From Vicinamibacterales bacterium (GTDB lineage Bacteria; Acidobacteriota; Vicinamibacteria; Vicinamibacterales; 2-12-FULL-66-21): DNA of 64,000 bases. This document shows, piece by piece, positions 10,001 through 19,996 of this stretch. How positions within the stretch are numbered: the first letter of the stretch is position 1; each line of letters starts with the position of its first letter. The stretch spans positions 6,799 through 70,798 of the forward strand of contig DASPXV010000197.1 in NCBI GenBank assembly GCA_035637115.1. Reading direction: 5' to 3'. The translations under genes and the position numbers were made by a program. Below the pieces are notes generated by a model, which was given only the letters and a program-made list of their open reading frames with translations, was not told the origin of the DNA and made no database searches.

Positions 10001-11247
10001 GGTCCTCCCAGTTCCGCGAGCCGCCGCTGGAGGAAACGCCGCTCGGGCTCCTGCCGCGCGAGCTCGAGCGCGCGTTTGTAGGATCGGCGCGCGTCTTCCT
10101 TCCGCCCAAGCCGGCGGCAGAAGTCCGCGCGCGCCGCGTGTGCCAGCCGATAATCTTTCAACTCGCCCGCGTCGAGAATCGCCTCGATCAGCGCGAGCCC
10201 CGCGGCCGGCCCGTCCCTCATCGCGACCGCTACGGCGCGGTTCAGCGCGACGACCGGCGAGGGATCGATCCGCATCAAGGCGTCATACAGTCCGACGATC
10301 TGGGCCCAGTCTGTCGATGCCGCGGTTGGCGCTTCCGCATGCAGCGCCGCGATCGCCGACTGGATCGTGTACGGGCCGGCGCGACGTGACGAGAGCGCAA
10401 CCTGCACCAGCCGCACGCCCTCCGCAATCTGTTCGCGATTCCATAACGATCGATCCTGCTCGTCGAGCAGGATTAGATCGCCGGACGCCGACGTTCTCGC
10501 CGTGCGACGCGATTCGTGCAGCAGCATCAGCGCGAGCAGCGCCCGGGCTTCAGGCTCCGGAAGCAGATCGACGAGCAGCCGTCCGAGCCGGATAGCCTCG
10601 GCGGAGAGATCGCTGCGCGTCAGCGTCGTCCCGGAACTGGCGGAATATCCCTCATTGAAAACGAGATAAATGACCCGCAGAACCGCATCAAGCCGATCCG
10701 GCAGCTCCGCGGCGGATGGTACCTGATACGGGATACGCGCATCGCGGATCTTTGCTTTCGCGCGTACGATGCGCTGGGCGAGTGTCGGTGGCGCCGTGAG
10801 AAATGCCTGCGCAATCTCCTCGGTCGTCAGACCGCAGACCTCTCGCAACGTCAGCGCGACTTGCGCATCCTGCGCCAGCGCGGGATGGCAGCAGGTGAAG
10901 ATCAGGCGCAGACGGTCATCTTCGACGCTCTCATCGTCTGTCCAGGCCACCGGATCGACAACGCCGAGAGCCGCCGCATCGCCGACATCGTCGAGCGGAC
11001 GGAACCGCGCGCCGCGGCGCATGCTGTCGATCGCCTTGAAGCGTCCCGTCGATACGAGCCATGCGCGCGGATTGGAAGGCATGCCGTCGCGCGGCCACTG
11101 CTCGAGCGCCGCCCTGAATGCCTCGTGCATCGCCTCCTCCGCGAGATCGAAGTCACCGAGCAGTCGAATCAGCGTCGCGAGAACGCGCCGCGACTCGGCA
11201 ACGTACAAGGCATCGAGCGTCTGTTCGATCGGACCGGTCGCCCCCAC
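9997..11247 (-). CDS. ECF RNA polymerase sigma factor with C-terminal TPR-like extension (YCII-associated type)
   Basis: DLAEEA, DDRLRLIFTCCHPAL, YLVFNEGY, DQDRSLW. Confidence 0.9.
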   Translation of the reverse strand: MGATGPIEQTLDALYVAESRRVLATLIRLLGDFDLAEEAMHEAFRAALEQWPRDGMPSNPRAWLVSTGRFKAIDSMRRGARFRPLDDVGDAAALGVVDPVAWTDDESVEDDRLRLIFTCCHPALAQDAQVALTLREVCGLTTEEIAQAFLTAPPTLAQRIVRAKAKIRDARIPYQVPSAAELPDRLDAVLRVIYLVFNEGYSASSGTTLTRSDLSAEAIRLGRLLVDLLPEPEARALLALMLLHESRRTARTSASGDLILLDEQDRSLWNREQIAEGVRLVQVALSSRRAGPYTIQSAIAALHAEAPTAASTDWAQIVGLYDALMRIDPSPVVALNRAVAVAMRDGPAAGLALIEAILDAGELKDYRLAHAARADFCRRLGRKEDARRSYKRALELARQEPERRFLQRRLAELGGP

Positions 11248-11314
11248 GGCGACCGATCACATCACCAATCCGGCCGCGACCGCAAGGCTAGGCGGCCTGT
11301 TCGGTGTTCACTGC

Positions 11315-11740
11315 TCACTTCCTGCGGGCCGCGTCATTGCGCAGCCGTGCTTCCTGCTCGCGCAGTTCCGGCGTGAACTCGGCGCCAAAATCTTCCGCTT
11401 CGAAAATCTGCCGGATCTCGATCTCGGACTCCCCGGCATGCGGGTTCGGGCACCGCTTCGCCCACTCGACGGCCTCGTCCATCGACGCGACTTTCCAGAT
11501 CCAGAAGCCGGCGATCAGCTCCTTGGTCTCCGCGAACGGGCCATCGAACACCGTCCGATTCGTGCCCGAGTACTTGATGCGCTTTCCTTTCGAGGTCGGA
11601 TGCAGCCCTTCTCCGGCGAGCAGCACGCCCGCCTTGCCGAGCTCCTCATTGAAACGCCCCATTTCAGTGAGGATCTTTTTGTCCGGAAGGACCCCTGCCT
11701 CCGATTCCTTGCTCGCCTTTACGATCGTCATCACACGCAT
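11315..11740 (-). CDS. YCII-related (DGPF) protein
   Basis: MRVMTIVKA..DGPFAETKELIAGFWIW..EIEIRQ; GGAGA Shine-Dalgarno upstream. Confidence 0.9.
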   Translation of the reverse strand: MRVMTIVKASKESEAGVLPDKKILTEMGRFNEELGKAGVLLAGEGLHPTSKGKRIKYSGTNRTVFDGPFAETKELIAGFWIWKVASMDEAVEWAKRCPNPHAGESEIEIRQIFEAEDFGAEFTPELREQEARLRNDAARRK

Positions 11741-11797
11741 TTGATGTCTCCTTCTGACATGTTGTCGATCCAGGACCGTCCGGATCGACAATGGGGC

Positions 11798-12205
11798 ATG
11801 AATACATCCGCTGCGACCCGCTGGGCTGCTTTAGCCCCTTACTTGAAGAGCCTGCTCCGCATCGTCGCCGCCTTCACGTTCATGCAGGAGGGCACGATGA
11901 AATGGTTCGGATGGCCGATGGCGATGCCGGGCGGCACGCCAGCGCTTATGTCCCAGGTTGGTATCGCAGGCCTGCTCGAGATAATCGGCGGGGGCTTGCT
12001 GCTCGTTGGCCTGTTCACGCGGCCCGTCGCGTTCCTGCTTTCAGGGGAAATGGCGGTCGCGTACTTCCAGGCCCACGCACCTCATGGGCTGTGGCCCATC
12101 GTGAACCAGGGCCTGCCCGCCGTCCTTTATTGTTTCATCTGGTTATTCTTATCCGCCGCCGGCGCCGGACCCTGGAGCCTGGACGCGCTGCGCCGCAGAG
12201 GCTGA
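11798..12205 (+). CDS. DoxX family membrane protein
   Basis: LLRIVAA..GLFTRPVAFLLSGEMAVAYF..GAGPWSLD. Confidence 0.9.
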   Translation: MNTSAATRWAALAPYLKSLLRIVAAFTFMQEGTMKWFGWPMAMPGGTPALMSQVGIAGLLEIIGGGLLLVGLFTRPVAFLLSGEMAVAYFQAHAPHGLWPIVNQGLPAVLYCFIWLFLSAAGAGPWSLDALRRRG

Positions 12206-12211
12206 ACGGTT

Positions 12212-14662
12212 ATGAACCTGATTGCCGACCTTCGATTTGCTCTGCGCTCCCTCGCCCGTGCGCGAGGTCTGACGCTCACCGTCGTGATCACGCTCGCGCT
12301 TGGCATCGGCGCCAACGCCGCCATCTTCAGCGTTGTGCGTGGAGTGCTGCTGCGGCCGCTCGCCAACCGCGACGAGGACCGCTTGATCTACATCCGACAG
12401 AGCGCCAAAGGCATTGGCGCGGAGAACGCGAATTTCTCCGTGCCGGAGATCCGCGATCTCCGCTCCCGAGCGACCACGTTGTCGCAGTTCGGCGACTTCT
12501 CGGTGATCGAATTCACAATGATCGGTCTCGGCGATCCGCGCGTGGTCCGCGCAGGTGTAGTCGGCGGATCCTATTTCGACGTGATGGGTCTTCACCCGAT
12601 TGTGGGCCGTCTGCTTGACGCGACCGACGACGGCCCGAAGGCGGCAGGAGCCGCCGTGCTGACGCATCGCTTCTGGACATCGGCACTCGGCAGCGACCGA
12701 TCGGTCATCGGGAAGACGATCCGGCTCGGCGATCGGTCCGCGACGATCGTCGGCGTCCTTGAACCGTCCGTACCGTACCCATCGGCGACGGAGATCATCG
12801 CGAACGTCGTCACGAGCCCGCACCATCTGTCCGCGACGATGGTAGAAGGTCGCGTGCACCGGATGACAGAGCTGTTCGCGCGTCTTGCGCCGGGAGCGAA
12901 TCTCGACGCGGCGCGCGCCGAGCTGCGCACGATTCACACCGCAATGGTGCAGGACCACCCCGAGTCGTATCCGAAAAACGCCGACTTCCGCATCGACGCC
13001 GTCGGCCTGCGCGACCAGGTGACATCGTCCGCCCGGACGGTGTTGCTCGTCCTGCTCGCGGCGTCCGCGCTCGTGTTCGTGATCGCGTGTTCGAACGTGG
13101 CGAACCTGATCCTCGCGCGATCGGTGCGCCGGCAGGGAGAACTCGCGATTCGCGCGGAGCTCGGCGCGAGCGGCTGGGCGCTGCGCCGCACGCTCCTCGC
13201 TGAAAGCCTGCTGCTCTGCGGCGCTGGAGCGCTCCTCGGAATCGCGCTCGCGCGGCCAATGGTCGCCATCCTTGCGCGATACGCGGCGCGGTTCTCCGTC
13301 CGCGCGCTCGACCTGACGGTTGATGCGAGCCTGCTGTGGGTCGGCGTCAGCCTCGCGCTGGCTGCCGCGATCCTCCTGGCGTTCGTGCCACGTCTGCCCG
13401 CTGCAGAAGCATCGGGCAGCCTCGGGCTCTCGAGCGGCAGTGTCCGCATCACCTCGGGCACGAACCGTCGGCTGCGCGCGTTTGCCGTCATTCAGATCGC
13501 GGCGTCATTTGTCCTGCTCGCGGGCGCGGGGATGCTGCTCACCACACTGCTGGCGCTCCAACGTACGCAGACTGGCTTCGACACACGCCACGTTCTTGCG
13601 TTGAACGTGCCCGTCATCTCGTTCGAGCGCGCCCCGTACGAAGCCGCACGGCTTTACAAAGAAGCCCTGCGCCGCATCGGACAACTGCCAGGCGTGGAGC
13701 GCGCCGCGATCGGGACGCTCGTCCCGTGGAGAGACGCTGGAGGGTTCGGGCCTGGATTCCAGTTCTCCGTCGAAGGCTACGCAAAGGGCAACGGAGAGGA
13801 GGATCCACGCGCGAGGTTCCGAACCATCTCGCCCGGCTTCTTCTCTTCTCTCGGCGTACCCCTCATTGCCGGGCGCGACTTCAATGATAGCGATCGACGC
13901 GATGCCGATCGGGTGGTCATCGTGAGCCAGAGCCTGGCGCAGCGGATGTTCCCAAACCAGGACGCGCTGAACAGGCGGCTCATGTGGACGGATCCCGTGA
14001 TGAAGTTCATCTCGGTGAGCACCGAGGGACGGCGGATCGTCGGCATCGCAGCGGATATCGACGACGAGAACATCGTCCCGGGGCCTGCGCTGACCGTCTA
14101 TCATCCGTTCGAGCAGGAGATTGGCGGCGGACGGCTGTTCGTCCACGCCAGCACCGATCCGTACGCGCTCGTCACGCCGATCACGCGAATCATTCGCGAG
14201 CTGTCGGCGGATCAGCCGGTGGAGCAGCCCGCGACGCTGGAAGACATCAGGGCCGAGGTGCTCGCGCCGGATCGTCTGAACGCACTCGTGTTTGGCGGTT
14301 TCGCCGGCGTGGCGCTGATCATTGCGGTCGTCGGCGTCGCGGGGGTACTCGCATTCTCGGTCAGCGCGCGAACGCGTGAGTTCGGCATCCGGCTCGCCAT
14401 CGGATCCGCGCCGCGGCATCTGCTGACTCGCGTTCTTGGCGAAGGGACGGCGATCGCCGCGCTCGGGATCGTCGCCGGAGCGATTGGCGGGGTCCTGCTC
14501 GCAAAGGTTGTCGCCAGCTACATCCAGGACGTCCGCACGCCCGGCGCGCTCGTCATCGCGGCAGCAGCCGCGATCCTCGTCGCCGCGGCTGTCGGCGCAT
14601 CGCTGATGCCAGCCGCGCGCGCCTCTCGCGTGGACGTGATCCAGGCGTTGCGATCGGAATAA
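12212..14662 (+). CDS. ADOP-type duplicated MacB/FtsX ABC permease
   Basis: [39 protein letters not shown]. Confidence 0.9.
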   Translation: MNLIADLRFALRSLARARGLTLTVVITLALGIGANAAIFSVVRGVLLRPLANRDEDRLIYIRQSAKGIGAENANFSVPEIRDLRSRATTLSQFGDFSVIEFTMIGLGDPRVVRAGVVGGSYFDVMGLHPIVGRLLDATDDGPKAAGAAVLTHRFWTSALGSDRSVIGKTIRLGDRSATIVGVLEPSVPYPSATEIIANVVTSPHHLSATMVEGRVHRMTELFARLAPGANLDAARAELRTIHTAMVQDHPESYPKNADFRIDAVGLRDQVTSSARTVLLVLLAASALVFVIACSNVANLILARSVRRQGELAIRAELGASGWALRRTLLAESLLLCGAGALLGIALARPMVAILARYAARFSVRALDLTVDASLLWVGVSLALAAAILLAFVPRLPAAEASGSLGLSSGSVRITSGTNRRLRAFAVIQIAASFVLLAGAGMLLTTLLALQRTQTGFDTRHVLALNVPVISFERAPYEAARLYKEALRRIGQLPGVERAAIGTLVPWRDAGGFGPGFQFSVEGYAKGNGEEDPRARFRTISPGFFSSLGVPLIAGRDFNDSDRRDADRVVIVSQSLAQRMFPNQDALNRRLMWTDPVMKFISVSTEGRRIVGIAADIDDENIVPGPALTVYHPFEQEIGGGRLFVHASTDPYALVTPITRIIRELSADQPVEQPATLEDIRAEVLAPDRLNALVFGGFAGVALIIAVVGVAGVLAFSVSARTREFGIRLAIGSAPRHLLTRVLGEGTAIAALGIVAGAIGGVLLAKVVASYIQDVRTPGALVIAAAAAILVAAAVGASLMPAARASRVDVIQALRSE

Positions 14663-14721
14663 GCGGCGTTCCGCCACAAGACGGATGATGATCGCGGCAA
14701 TGCACGGAATTGGAGCGTGAC

Positions 14722-16674
14722 ATGCGGGGAATTCGCGCGACATTCTGTGCCGGCGCATTGCTGTGTGTCAGTCTGGGATCGCCGGCGGCGCACACGTCAT
14801 CGCAATCGAACCTGCCCGCACATCCGCGCCTGCTCTTCACGGCATCCGACTTACCCGCGATCCGTCAACGCGCGACGGTGCCGATTCTCCAGCCGGTCGC
14901 GCGACGACTGATCGAGCGCGCCGACCGCCACCTGCACGCACCGCCACTCGTGCCGTCGATCACCAAGCGTGGAGAGCCCGATCCTCCTGGCGAGCAGAAG
15001 GGACTGGCATGCGCACGCGCGCTGCAGGGGCGCGTGCTCACGCTGGCGATGGCGTTCACGCTCACCGGTGACCGGAAGTATCGCGATGCCGCGGTCGCGG
15101 AGCTGCGGCACGCGATCGACGATTGGCGGATCTGGGTGGACACGGCCCACGCTCCGCCGTTCGATCTCATGAACGGCGAACTGTGTCTCACGTTCGGCCT
15201 CGCGTACGACTGGCTTTACAACGACCTCACGCCCGACGAGCGCCGCGAGCTCAGGACCGGTGTGGAACGGCGCGGACTCAAGGCATATGTGGACGCGGTC
15301 ACCAGCGGCCGCCCGACGACGTTTTATGCGGCGAAGCACAACTGGAATCCCGTCTGTAACGGCGGCGCTGCGGTGCTCGCGCTGGCGCTGGAAGGCGAAA
15401 GCGACCTGTCCACGCGGGTGCTGGAGCTCGCGGTGCCCGCGATGGATCACTATTGGAACCATCTGGCGGACGACGGTGGATGGGACGAGGGGACGGGGTA
15501 CTGGACCTACGGTCACCGCTACGCGTTCATGGCCGCGGACGCGTTGCGGAGATCCGGACGGCGCGGAGGAGCGGAGCGGTTTGCGCTGCCCGGCGCCCGT
15601 GCAACGGGATACTTTCCAATCGTCTTCAATCCCGGGAAGACGCTGACAGCGGGTTTCGGCGATTCGAACAGCCGCGTGAGCGATCCGCTGCTGTACTTGC
15701 TCGGCCGCGAGTATCGCAATCCGGATTTCATCTGGTTTCAGGATCGCGCGCGCGTCTCTGCGATCGATCGCGACGGATGGCCCGAGGAAGCGCTGACGCT
15801 TCTCTGGCGTCCGGCGGGAGAGCCGTGGCTGCCGGAGAACCGCGCGGGATTTGCTCCATCGATCGCGCCGACGACGGTATTCCCATCGATCGGGTGGGCG
15901 ATGATGACGCCCGCGCAGCCCGATCCACCGTTCTTTCTCGCGCTGAAGAACGGCTCGCTCGCGGCGAACCACACGCATCTGGATCTGAACCACGTCAACG
16001 TCGGCGTCGGCAATGCGATGCTGCTCGCGGAGCTTGGCAGCCGGCCGTACCCCGCCGACTATTTCGGCGCGAACCGTTACAACTACTACGAGCTGACCAC
16101 TGCCGGACACAACACCGTGCTGATCGGCGGGCGCGGTCAGGTGCGTGGCAAGGCGGGCACTCTGATTGGGCCGACACGTGGACCGCGATTCGAAGAAATA
16201 GTCGGTGTTGCCGACAACGCCTACGAGCAGCCGGCGACACGCGCGCGGCGCCACGTCGTGTTCGTCGATCGGCGTTACTGGGTGCTGCTGGACGAGATCC
16301 AGACGCCGCAGCCGGAACAGCTCGAGCTGCGCTTTCATACGTCCGCCGCGGTGCAGGAGCTCGGGCCCGGACGCTGGCGCTACCAGGACGGAGACAACGC
16401 GCTCGAGCTCGCGTCGCCGCAGGAACTTACTTCGAGCATCGAGACGCCAAGCGGATGGATCAGGCCCTTCCGCGTACTCAGCCTGAAGACGCGCGACGCG
16501 TTGCGCGATCACGCGATCGTGACGGTGCTTCAGCCTCAGGCCGCCGGGTCGGCGGCGCCTTCAGTTGTCAGCGTGAAACGATCGGGAAACGATCTCCTCG
16601 TGACGGTCGGCCGCGATCGCGCCACGTTTCGTCTCGAACCAGATGGCTGGCACATGCGCAGCGCGGAGTTCTAG
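14722..16674 (+). CDS. heparinase II/III-like polysaccharide lyase
   Basis: Signal peptide, HPRLL, AYDW, HNWN, EGTGYW.Y, NHTHLD, GHNT. Confidence 0.8.
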   Translation: MRGIRATFCAGALLCVSLGSPAAHTSSQSNLPAHPRLLFTASDLPAIRQRATVPILQPVARRLIERADRHLHAPPLVPSITKRGEPDPPGEQKGLACARALQGRVLTLAMAFTLTGDRKYRDAAVAELRHAIDDWRIWVDTAHAPPFDLMNGELCLTFGLAYDWLYNDLTPDERRELRTGVERRGLKAYVDAVTSGRPTTFYAAKHNWNPVCNGGAAVLALALEGESDLSTRVLELAVPAMDHYWNHLADDGGWDEGTGYWTYGHRYAFMAADALRRSGRRGGAERFALPGARATGYFPIVFNPGKTLTAGFGDSNSRVSDPLLYLLGREYRNPDFIWFQDRARVSAIDRDGWPEEALTLLWRPAGEPWLPENRAGFAPSIAPTTVFPSIGWAMMTPAQPDPPFFLALKNGSLAANHTHLDLNHVNVGVGNAMLLAELGSRPYPADYFGANRYNYYELTTAGHNTVLIGGRGQVRGKAGTLIGPTRGPRFEEIVGVADNAYEQPATRARRHVVFVDRRYWVLLDEIQTPQPEQLELRFHTSAAVQELGPGRWRYQDGDNALELASPQELTSSIETPSGWIRPFRVLSLKTRDALRDHAIVTVLQPQAAGSAAPSVVSVKRSGNDLLVTVGRDRATFRLEPDGWHMRSAEF

Positions 16675-18170
16675 AATTCCCCGCGCGACACCTTTCCCGC
16701 TTCGACCGTGACCGCGACGCGGCGCTGGCCGCCGCGCATCGGCGCCGACACGCGGTAGCGTCCCGGTTTCAACCTGGCGCCAAAGTAGCCGTTCGCATCG
16801 GTGCGTGCGCTCGTTGCGCGCGAGAACGGCCAGAAACTCCTGCGCTTCATGGTAACCACGACGCCGTCGTTGTCGCCGGCCTGGGTGGCCGGCAGCACAC
16901 CCGCGATCCAGCCGCGCTCAGGGTGTTCAATCCACGGCATGACAGGTCCCGCATCAGGCGCGGCGAAAGGACCCGGTGTCCCGCCAGTTCCATCCGCGAG
17001 AAATGCGAAACGATCGACGCCGGCGGGCGCCGGTGCTGTCGTCGCAGCGGCATAGGAGTATAAAGAGACGCCTACTACACGGTTCCCATCGTCTGCGGTG
17101 CGCGCGCGCGCGACCTGTGCGAGCGTATTAATGGGCGTGTTTCGGTATGTGCCGATGCCCACGGCGAGGTATCGCCCGTGCGCATGCCGCTTCTCCCACG
17201 CAATCCAGCCGTTGAACCAGCCGCGCACGCGATCGTCCGTCTCGCTCGCATAGTTCATCGGCACCCCGAGATCCAGCCATCCGTCTTTCAGCCACTGATT
17301 CCAGTTCTGGAAGATGCGCTGCATCGGCGCGACCTCTGAGAAATCCTTCTCTGACGTTGGCGGCCGGCCCCATGGGATCAGCGCCGCGCTGATGACGATG
17401 CGCGGATTGATCGCGCGCGCTTCGATCGAGACGCGCCGTACCAGGTTCGTCACCTGTTCCCGCCGCCACGCCATCCACGCCTCGTCGCCCGGCGCAGGTG
17501 TGTCGGTGCGATGCGCTGCGCGCTGAAAGCGCGCGAGGTTGACGGCGTTGTAACCGACGGTCGCGCCGCGCGGCAGCTGTCCGGCAGTCTCAGGGTAGCG
17601 GACGTAGTCGAAATGAATCCCGTCCACAGCGTAGTTACGGACGATATTCAGGTAAATCTGCGCCAGGTATTCGGCCGCGGCGGGATGGCCGGGATCGAGG
17701 AAATAGCCGACCGGAAACTTCTGGCTACCGTCCGGAGCGGCGGTGAGCCAGTTGGCGTCGCCCGGCGCGGTCGGACCGTGCTGGTTGAAGACGTGACGCG
17801 GATCCTTTGGCGCAGCCTCGTCGCGCCAGACCGGCATCGCGTTCACCCACGCGTGGACCTTGATGCCCTCGCGATGCGCCGCGTCGACGACGTAAGCGAG
17901 CGCGTCGAACGCCGGGTCGTACGCGGGATCGTCGAGCGGCGGTTCGACACCTTTCGTATAGAGCGCATCCCCGCGTCGCCGGACCTGCACGAACAGGGCG
18001 TTGAGGTTCGCGCGCTTCGCTGCGGCGACGAGATCGTCTGCCTCCCGCGCGGAGCGGATGCCCTCGTGGAACGCATCCACCCACAGCGCGCGCAGCTCCT
18101 GCGCGTCAGCCGGGCCCGTACACGCGAGCAGAAGCACGAACAGGAGCGCCACCCGGGCAGGTCCTCGCAT
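16671..18170 (-). CDS. GHL10 / family-10-like glycoside hydrolase
   Basis: ELRALWV, QVRRRGDA, LDPGHP, YAVDGIHFDYVRYP. Confidence 0.85.
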   Translation of the reverse strand: MRGPARVALLFVLLLACTGPADAQELRALWVDAFHEGIRSAREADDLVAAAKRANLNALFVQVRRRGDALYTKGVEPPLDDPAYDPAFDALAYVVDAAHREGIKVHAWVNAMPVWRDEAAPKDPRHVFNQHGPTAPGDANWLTAAPDGSQKFPVGYFLDPGHPAAAEYLAQIYLNIVRNYAVDGIHFDYVRYPETAGQLPRGATVGYNAVNLARFQRAAHRTDTPAPGDEAWMAWRREQVTNLVRRVSIEARAINPRIVISAALIPWGRPPTSEKDFSEVAPMQRIFQNWNQWLKDGWLDLGVPMNYASETDDRVRGWFNGWIAWEKRHAHGRYLAVGIGTYRNTPINTLAQVARARTADDGNRVVGVSLYSYAAATTAPAPAGVDRFAFLADGTGGTPGPFAAPDAGPVMPWIEHPERGWIAGVLPATQAGDNDGVVVTMKRRSFWPFSRATSARTDANGYFGARLKPGRYRVSAPMRGGQRRVAVTVEAGKVSRGEF

Positions 18171-18224
18171 GCGCTCAGTCTAAACGCTTGCGCGGATGTT
18201 TACACATAATGTATAAAATGACGT

Positions 18225-18680
18225 ATGCCATCGGAAGATTACCGGGCGGCGCTGGCATCGGCGATCAAGGAATACGAAACGCTCGGCGAGCAGCGGCGAG
18301 ACATAGACACGCGGCTCGCCCAGCTCGCGCAGACGATCGGAACGTTGTCACGACTTCTCGGGCTGACACCGACGGTGCCGCCGAGCATCACCGACGCGGT
18401 CAGGCTCGCGATGCGCACCGGCGTGCCGATGACACCACTCGACGTCCGCGAGCGGCTGCTTTCGATCGGCATGGACCTTTCAATCTATTCGAACGATCTC
18501 GCGGTGATCCACACGGTGCTCAAGCGGCTGAACGAGGCCGGGGAGATCCGGGTGCTGCCGAAACCGGGAGGAAAGAACGCGTACCTCTGGGCTGCGCCGC
18601 CAAGGGTTATCGCCATCGGCCCCGAGATCGCGGAATTCATCCGCGGCATGCCCGCCGGCAAGGCGAAGAGGAGGAAGTGA
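18225..18680 (+). CDS. hypothetical protein: N-terminal coiled coil plus probable winged helix
   Basis: Heptad-like N-terminus; TPLDVRERL..IHTVLKRL..GEI; stop overlaps the next ATG (TGATG). Confidence 0.65.
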   Translation: MPSEDYRAALASAIKEYETLGEQRRDIDTRLAQLAQTIGTLSRLLGLTPTVPPSITDAVRLAMRTGVPMTPLDVRERLLSIGMDLSIYSNDLAVIHTVLKRLNEAGEIRVLPKPGGKNAYLWAAPPRVIAIGPEIAEFIRGMPAGKAKRRK

Positions 18681-19552
18681 TGGATCTCGCACTGCGGCGG
18701 CGCTTCTTTGCCGAAGAGATCGAGGCGGTCGCAAAACTCCGGTCGGCCGCGCTCGTCGATGCGTTTGCCAGCGTACCGCGCGATCGTTTCCTGCCGCCGG
18801 GGCCCTGGACGGTGCTCGCAGAGACGGACTTCGGCGCCGGGTCGGTGAAAACCCGCCTGACGCCGGACGCGGATCCCGCCCGCGTGCACCACAACATCGC
18901 GGTGGCCATCGACCCCGGGCGGCAGTTGTTCAACGGGCAGCCCGCAACGATCGGCGCGTGGATCGACGCGCTCGATCTCACGCCGGGCGGGCGTGCACTG
19001 CACGTCGGATGCGGCACCGGTTACTACACAGCATTGATGGCGCACTGCGTCGGTCCTTCGGGGCGCGTGATCGCCTTCGAGGCCGACGCTGCCCTCGCCG
19101 ATGCTGCGCGCGCGAACCTCGCGTCGACGCCGTGGGTCGAAATCCATCAGACTGCCGCCGCGGATTCGTCCGGCGAAACATTCGATGCGATCCTCGTGAA
19201 CGCGGGCGTCACACATCCGCTGCCCGCGTGGCTCGACTCGCTGTCGGTCGGGGGACGGATGATGCTGCCGCTAACGTCCACGATGGTTCCCATGGGCAAT
19301 ATCGGCAAGGGCCTTGTGATGATCGTAACTCGCGAGACGGACACCGACTTCACCGCTCGCGTTTCAGGCGTGGTCGCGATTTACTCGGCGGTCGGAATTC
19401 GTGACGACAGTCTCAACGAACGTGTCGGGAAAGCGATGATGGCGGGACCCCAGAAATGGATGGCGGTCTCGCGCCTGCGCCGCGACGCGCACGAACCGGG
19501 CGACGCGTGCTGGCTCCACGCCGAGGGATTCTGCTTCACAGTGGGCGCGTGA
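18680..19552 (+). CDS. protein-L-isoaspartate O-methyltransferase-like (PCMT family)
   Basis: AFASVPRDRFL, LHVGCGTGYY, FDAILVNAG, GGRMMLP. Confidence 0.85.
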   Translation: MDLALRRRFFAEEIEAVAKLRSAALVDAFASVPRDRFLPPGPWTVLAETDFGAGSVKTRLTPDADPARVHHNIAVAIDPGRQLFNGQPATIGAWIDALDLTPGGRALHVGCGTGYYTALMAHCVGPSGRVIAFEADAALADAARANLASTPWVEIHQTAAADSSGETFDAILVNAGVTHPLPAWLDSLSVGGRMMLPLTSTMVPMGNIGKGLVMIVTRETDTDFTARVSGVVAIYSAVGIRDDSLNERVGKAMMAGPQKWMAVSRLRRDAHEPGDACWLHAEGFCFTVGA

Positions 19553-19950
19553 CCGAAGACGGCTGGGACCCGACTCCGCGAATCGTATCGGTGTGGCCGG
19601 AATGGGACGGACGCGCGATCGTGTGGCGGCGCATTCCGGAAACCGGCCGTCTCGTCCGCGAAGACGTTCCGCTTCAGGCCATGGGTTCTGCTGGATCGCC
19701 TCGACTCCGTTCCTCAATCTGCCCGGAGCGGTAAGGCGGGACTTGCCTACCGCGAGCTGGACGGGCCCGGCGAGCTTCGTTACTTCGTTCACGCGGACGA
19801 TGGACGCTTCTTCCGCGCGTAGCGCGGTCTGCCGAAGGACCGCGCGCTGATCCTGCCGCCCGACGAGCAATACCTCGTCGCCACCGGGCGCACCGATCAG
19901 CACTACGTGCGGATCCTGCGCGAGATATTTGGGTGTGATCGTTCTGTAGA
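19549..19950 (+). pseudogene. collapsed remnant of a B-family DNA polymerase / RNase H-like exonuclease gene
   Basis: GWDPTPRIVSVW..VWRR, frameshift near 19670, FRPWVLLDRLD, YRELDGPG.LRY, in-frame TAG at 19820, then LPPDEQYLVATGRT joined directly to a C-terminal-type HYVRILRE. Family assignment is recalled from homologs, not searched. Confidence 0.6.
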
Positions 19951-19996
19951 AACCGCGCGGCGGGTGCCCGGAATCGTAATCCCGAGCACGATTCTG

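Noticed and set aside
10769..11797. Long N-terminal extension on DoxX (similar extensions on the LMF, PQQ dehydrogenase, fucosidase and PilT ORFs)
   Set aside because: Shadow reading frames over real opposite-strand or overlapping genes in high-GC DNA
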